From the NCBI GenBank assembly GCA_964483435.1, contig CAZAAO010000003.1, positions 1 through 34,622 of the forward strand: a DNA stretch of 34,622 nucleotides, written 5' to 3'. The notes beneath the pieces are model-generated. The model was not told the DNA's origin. It saw only the letters and a list, made by a program, of their open reading frames with translations, and did not search any database. Shown here one piece after another: positions 30,967 through 34,622 of this stretch (the first letter of the stretch is position 1; every line of letters starts with the position of its first letter). The DNA is from an uncultured Candidatus Saccharibacteria bacterium (lineage in GTDB: Bacteria > Patescibacteriota > Minisyncoccia > Phycocordibacterales > WO2-35-19). The translations under genes and the position numbers were made by a program.

Positions 30967-31000
30967 AAGGGTCGTGGGAACACCATGGCCCTTTATTTTT
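30967..31000 (+). terminator. Rho-independent terminator
   Basis: AAGGGTC...GGCCCTT stem followed by TATTTTT. Confidence 0.55.
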
Positions 31001-31007
31001 GTAAATA

Positions 31008-31035
31008 TTGACAAATTGTGGATTTAATATACATT
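31008..31035 (+). promoter_or_regulatory. Sigma70-like promoter of the 31070-33123 operon
   Basis: Exact TTGACA (31008-31013), 16 nt, TACATT (31030-31035). A strong SD, AAGGAG, lies 7 nt before the ATG at 31070. Confidence 0.5.
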
Positions 31036-31069
31036 GTTCTGAGAACTGCTACTTTAAAAGGAGATTCAA

Positions 31070-31642
31070 ATGAGCGAACAGGAAGATATCTATGTTGCTG
31101 CTCGCGACTCGTTAAATTTGCCCGGTCCAATGAATAGTTGGACCTTCAGGCAAATGCTCGCGGCGCTTGAAAAGGCTGCTCGCGATAACGGCGGTTACCC
31201 TGACGACTTTCATCTATCGGTCAGGAACTTTTCCCGCAAACATCTTGGTTTGAAGGGACAACGCTTCAAAGATGTGAAGGCTTGGATCAGAATGAAAAAG
31301 GTCATGTCCTTCTCTGAAGTGAAGTTTGTGCTGAACGCATTGCAGAAGTATCTGGCGAAAAAAACACCAGAGCCAACCAGATCAGATTTACATGATTCTG
31401 AAATGGTAGTGGGTCTGATTCAGTACACAATCACTCAAATCATGGCACTTGCTCAGCTTGTAAAAAAGGCTGGTGTAAGGCCGGAGCAGGTTGCAAAGGA
31501 AGATAGCGACCGCGTCGCTGTGCATATCAAATCAATATGCGACGCTTATGGTATTCCAGTGAAGATAGACATTTCTCATCAAGGGAGACCGTTGAGTCGC
31601 GAAGAATTCAACTCGATATCAAAGGGGGATGAAGTCATATGA
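31070..31642 (+). CDS. Hypothetical 190-aa protein, translationally coupled to the downstream ATPase
   Basis: Clean ORF with a strong SD. The stop overlaps the next start (ATGA at 31639-31642). Predicted mostly helical, with no motif I can name. Confidence 0.6.
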   Translation: MSEQEDIYVAARDSLNLPGPMNSWTFRQMLAALEKAARDNGGYPDDFHLSVRNFSRKHLGLKGQRFKDVKAWIRMKKVMSFSEVKFVLNALQKYLAKKTPEPTRSDLHDSEMVVGLIQYTITQIMALAQLVKKAGVRPEQVAKEDSDRVAVHIKSICDAYGIPVKIDISHQGRPLSREEFNSISKGDEVI

Positions 31643-33123
31643 AGGTGACGGCAGTGTTGCTCACAAGAGAGTTGAGCGTTGGCCTTTATCGGGACCCTGT
31701 AAAAGGTCTCGAAGAGCTTATGCGCAACTCTGCTCGAGCGTGCATGAAAAATCCCAAAGAATGGGATCCGAAGGCGGTTAAAATACGGGTTGGATTTGAG
31801 AGGCATCCCGTTGCCTCTGGTGCCCACTCTCTTGTCTGGCTAGACCATGGCAAGGGGATGCTCCCAGATGACCTTGACAGATTTTTCAACTATCTCGGTA
31901 CCCCTATCGATAAAATTCGAAGGGATGCTAAGGGATCAATCGGTGATTCTCAAAAAGGCATCGGTCGTCTCGGAGCACTTTCTTTGAACAAGAAGTGTCG
32001 GGAAGGCGATGTTGCGAGCCAGATTGAGAACGGCTTCTACGTGTTTACGAGAACTGCGGAGAAGGGTCCAATAATAATGGTATCTTTTATTCCCGCAGAC
32101 ATTGAGCGCGATGGAGGTGTCAAATTTGACAGGCTGGTAGATCCGACTGACCGTATTCTCGGTACTCACTTGAAGGATATCCAAGGGTCGTTCACGGCCA
32201 TAGTGATACCTCATCCAGTGTTGAACAATCATTCAGAAATTGTGAACGCGCTCAAAGCTGTCCTTCCTACGGAGAGCGACAAAGCGTTTGACGTTCAAGT
32301 TTCTGGAAAGGTTGTTTCAGTCCCCACTCCAAAAAGTGATATCAACATCACTTGGGGTGACGGTCAGTACCGCGCACGCATCGGAAAAGTCTCGAACAGC
32401 GAGGGTGGCATCTGGCTCTGTGACAGCACGACATCCTTGAGAGTCGCTTACATTCCTGCCTTAGGTAAAAGGTTAGGTATACCAGATCCTTTGTGGTTTC
32501 CGGAGCTTGAGGGGTATATTTATGGGCCGGATCTTCTGGCTCAGCAGAATACTTCTCGAGAAACCCTGATCGCGGGGTATCTCGGTACACCAAAAGCTCA
32601 AGGACTCCGAAATTTTCTTCATCTTGAGGTTGCGCCAGCAGCGGCAAAACTTTTTGATGGAACAGAAATCACGGGGAGTGCTATGGACGCTCTCAAGTAC
32701 ATCGCTGATCTCTGCAACGAGAGGTTTGGGCCAGTGGATGATGAAAATGATGGTCCAGATGTACCGACTCAAGTCACGTCTCCAGGAAAAAGGAAAGCGT
32801 CTGAGGGTGGTGGAGGTGGTGGTCAGAAGCGTGAAAAGCGCTATATGACAGTACGGATTGGTAAGGAGGTATTCCGTTTGTACTACGGTAACCAACTTCA
32901 CCACGATGTTTTCGCACAGCCGGCCGTCTACGACGACCGCGTCCTTGAAGTCAATGTTCGTGGTCGATACAGAGCTCTGCCTGAAGAGTCCAGGGCGAAA
33001 GTCGAGCACTGTCTGATGCAAGTTTTAATGGCAGCGGGCACTGCTATCGAGCCGCTAGATCCAGGAGCCGCAATGCGTCATGCGAATGCCGCACGCGCAG
33101 CTCTCAAAAAAAGAAGTAATTAA
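31639..33123 (+). CDS. GHKL-superfamily ATPase (HATPase_c_3 / MORC-Hsp90-like Bergerat fold) with unknown C-terminal domains
   Basis: N-box ELMRNSARA (res ~26-34), G1 box WLDHGKGM, G2 box SQKGIGRLGALS. These are followed by ~250 aa of unknown sequence, an acidic stretch, a Gly6 run (EGGGGGGQKREKR) and a ~90-aa C-terminal domain. Confidence 0.7.
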   Translation: MKVTAVLLTRELSVGLYRDPVKGLEELMRNSARACMKNPKEWDPKAVKIRVGFERHPVASGAHSLVWLDHGKGMLPDDLDRFFNYLGTPIDKIRRDAKGSIGDSQKGIGRLGALSLNKKCREGDVASQIENGFYVFTRTAEKGPIIMVSFIPADIERDGGVKFDRLVDPTDRILGTHLKDIQGSFTAIVIPHPVLNNHSEIVNALKAVLPTESDKAFDVQVSGKVVSVPTPKSDINITWGDGQYRARIGKVSNSEGGIWLCDSTTSLRVAYIPALGKRLGIPDPLWFPELEGYIYGPDLLAQQNTSRETLIAGYLGTPKAQGLRNFLHLEVAPAAAKLFDGTEITGSAMDALKYIADLCNERFGPVDDENDGPDVPTQVTSPGKRKASEGGGGGGQKREKRYMTVRIGKEVFRLYYGNQLHHDVFAQPAVYDDRVLEVNVRGRYRALPEESRAKVEHCLMQVLMAAGTAIEPLDPGAAMRHANAARAALKKRSN

Positions 33124-33127
33124 AAAC

Positions 33128-33147
33128 GCCCCGGGGTAACCCGGGGC
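33128..33147. terminator. Bidirectional terminator between convergent genes
   Basis: Perfect 8-bp stem GCCCCGGG-GTAA-CCCGGGGC, with an A-run on the left and TCAATTTTTT on the right. Confidence 0.75.
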
Positions 33148-33162
33148 TCAATTTTTTATCCG

Positions 33163-33750
33163 CTAGATTCCTTTCTGTACAATCTCCCAAGCTCTCAAAT
33201 ATTTTGTCATGGAAGAGTGTTTATCACGAAGACTCTCGATCTGCGCGTTCAAGGTTTTGAGAGCTTCGCCACGTTCGTTGTTGAGCTTTGTCAGATTCTC
33301 AAGTTGAGGGTTGAAACTTGACCGGTCGGCCTGTCGCTTTAAATTCTTTAGCTCGGCTTCGTCCTTGCCAATCTGGTCAAGTAGCTCCTCTTGTTTTCCG
33401 TTTAACTCATCAGCCTGTTCGGAAACAGTCTCGATCTCAGCCTTTATTGATTCGACATCGGGAGGTTGAATTGAGCTGTTCCGCACAGTCTGAAGCTCTT
33501 GGTAAGCTGCGTCGGCTTGTTCCGCAGCGATATCGCAGATGAGTTTGACGTCAGCCACTAATATATCTAGCTGCGTGGAAATTTGTTCGTGGGGTGCCTC
33601 GTTTCGGATAGTCTCCATTACTCTTAGGAGAGATTCCACAAGCATTCTCACACTGTAAGAGGTGGTGCACGCATCTGAGAGCGTAGGATCAAGCAAGATC
33701 CTGAGCGTCTCACATACGTATGTGACAGGATCACGGTTTGTAGTTTTCAT
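33163..33750 (-). CDS. Hypothetical coiled-coil protein (195 aa)
   Basis: The C-terminal two thirds are heptad-like and Glu/Gln/Leu-rich (AEQADAAYQELQTV..IKAEIETVSEQADELNGKQEELLDQIGKDEAELKNLKRQ..LKTLNAQIESLRDK). No enzymatic motif. Confidence 0.6.
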   Translation of the reverse strand: MKTTNRDPVTYVCETLRILLDPTLSDACTTSYSVRMLVESLLRVMETIRNEAPHEQISTQLDILVADVKLICDIAAEQADAAYQELQTVRNSSIQPPDVESIKAEIETVSEQADELNGKQEELLDQIGKDEAELKNLKRQADRSSFNPQLENLTKLNNERGEALKTLNAQIESLRDKHSSMTKYLRAWEIVQKGI

Positions 33751-33766
33751 TTTACACTCTGATACA

Positions 33767-33823
33767 ACTATATTATGTTTGACAAGAAAGTCAAGTTGAC
33801 AATATAAAAAAACAGTGTAGACT
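33767..33823. promoter_or_regulatory. Divergent promoter/operator region between 33750(-) and 33854(+)
   Basis: Plus strand: TTGACA at 33779 and again at 33796, with ATATAA (33802) and TAGACT (33818) as -10 candidates. Minus strand: TTGACT (complement of 33789-33794), 16 nt, TATAGT (complement of 33767-33772). The region contains TTGAC-AAGAAA-GTCAA. Confidence 0.45.
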
Positions 33824-33853
33824 CGGCAAAGAATTGTAAGTTGAAAGGGAAAC

Positions 33854-34622
33854 GTGAAAGAAAAAATCGGCGCGAAGATACTTGAGTTTTTGGCTCAGTA
33901 TGCACCCCTTTCAAAAGCTCAAGTGGCGACACTAGGCGGAAGGGGGGTTGAGTCGAAGGTCTGGCGTGAGAAAAAGATACCCTCGAACCACGGATGGATC
34001 ATCGAGAGAAGCAAAAGTAAATCGGGGACGATCATTGATATGGGTTACCGCTTTGTAAACCAGTTGAAAGGGTTTCCGGTCATCTTGGATGGTTTGTCTC
34101 CTCAGTCAAACTCACTCGATAGCTTCCATTTCGACGTTTCAGGCACCTTATCTAACGACAGATCAGCGGAACTAGCTTTGATACTCCCATACATCCTTCG
34201 GAGTCAAGGAAAGTGCCTGGCTATAACAGTAGCAGACGGCAGACGCAATCCGATTCTTGACCATTGGCGTGAATACTCTTATAGAGCTCGTCGCGTGATC
34301 GGTCCAGATTGGAAAAAGTTTTTAGACCAGATCGTCGCAGATCAGCGTGCTCTTCTGCCAATGAGAAGCGGTGGTTTTATAAAGCCGTTTGATATTCTCA
34401 AAGCGGCAAAAAGGGAACTCGGCTTTCTCCTAGACCTTACTAAGGTCTTGAGTTCGGTGGATCAAGGCGTGTCTTTTGATCGTATAGAGAGATATGCCTA
34501 TGTAAGTCGCTATGCGGGCAGTCCTTTCCGGATGCGGACTTACATTTTCCATCTTGCAAATATTCAATCCACAGTGCGAGATCTTGTAGACCTGTGGGTA
34601 AGAAGTAAACTACTCTCAAACA
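33854..34622 (+). CDS. Hypothetical protein, 3' end outside the window (not in the supplied ORF track)
   Basis: GTG at 33854 preceded by AAGGGA. I read the frame open for all 256 codons to the window edge (VKEKIGAKILEFLAQYAPLSKAQVATLGG...FHFDVSGTLSNDRSAELALILPYI...RTYIFHLANIQSTVRDLVDLWV). No motif recognised. Confidence 0.55.
   Translation, partial: MKEKIGAKILEFLAQYAPLSKAQVATLGGRGVESKVWREKKIPSNHGWIIERSKSKSGTIIDMGYRFVNQLKGFPVILDGLSPQSNSLDSFHFDVSGTLSNDRSAELALILPYILRSQGKCLAITVADGRRNPILDHWREYSYRARRVIGPDWKKFLDQIVADQRALLPMRSGGFIKPFDILKAAKRELGFLLDLTKVLSSVDQGVSFDRIERYAYVSRYAGSPFRMRTYIFHLANIQSTVRDLVDLWVRSKLLSN

Noticed and set aside
29923-34622. Classic tRNA-integrated genomic island (att at the tRNA 3' end)
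   Set aside because: The accessory block lies on the 5' (promoter) side of tRNA-Leu(CAA). No integrase and no repeat of the tRNA ends were seen within the window. Foreign origin is still suggested by composition, but the integration mechanism is unsupported here.
1-34622. CRISPR array, rRNA genes, transposases or IS elements
   Set aside because: I saw no regularly spaced direct repeats, no rRNA-like conserved strings and no transposase or integrase motifs. The only repeats seen are those listed: tRNA-linked elements, 38-nt terminator repeats, GC-rich palindromes and the miaA tandem repeat.

Overview
The window looks like a chromosomal segment from a small, moderately AT-rich bacterial genome. 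A short IF-2, arrays of tiny VPCG-type pilin-like genes, a type IV pilin and little metabolism suggest a CPR/Patescibacteria-like lineage; this is inference only.

Gene order, left to right:
- gyrA 3' part.
- An orphan solute-binding-like gene, translationally coupled to the first of seven tandem small two-TM pilin-like paralogues.
- A convergent SPFH gene plus a membrane, lytic-transglycosylase-like gene.
- A long RNase P RNA driven from a back-to-back divergent promoter.
- tRNA-Leu(TAG), tRNA-Leu(TAA), tRNA-Lys(CTT) and a small secreted protein.
- pyrD, tRNA-Cys, rbfA-infB, a DUF4446-like gene and a cysteine desulfurase.
- A G+C-rich orphan PEP-CTERM gene, an HtrA-like protein lacking an obvious catalytic His/Asp, and clpB.
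- A type IV pilin gene bracketed by 38-nt direct-repeat terminators.
- tRNA-Tyr followed by a field of hairpins and duplicated tRNA 3' ends.
- A ~370-nt promoter-to-terminator non-coding unit.
- murC-murB, divergent from HTH-murA, murD and a class IV aminotransferase.
- A structured GC-rich leader plus rpmG, then tRNA-Trp.
- miaA (with two in-frame repeat insertions), a DUF1653 gene and tRNA-Leu(CAA).
- A G+C-richer block of at least five genes (30.1-34.6 kb, running off the window).

That last block is built around a translationally coupled pair (unknown 190-aa protein + GHKL-type ATPase), two coiled-coil proteins and an unlisted open-ended ORF. It is my best candidate for an undescribed, possibly conflict or mobile-element, system. 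The second candidate is the SBP + seven-pilin array with the adjacent SPFH/transglycosylase pair.

No CRISPR array, rRNA, transposase or integrase is visible. All coordinates of RNA and regulatory elements were read by eye and may be off by a few nt.
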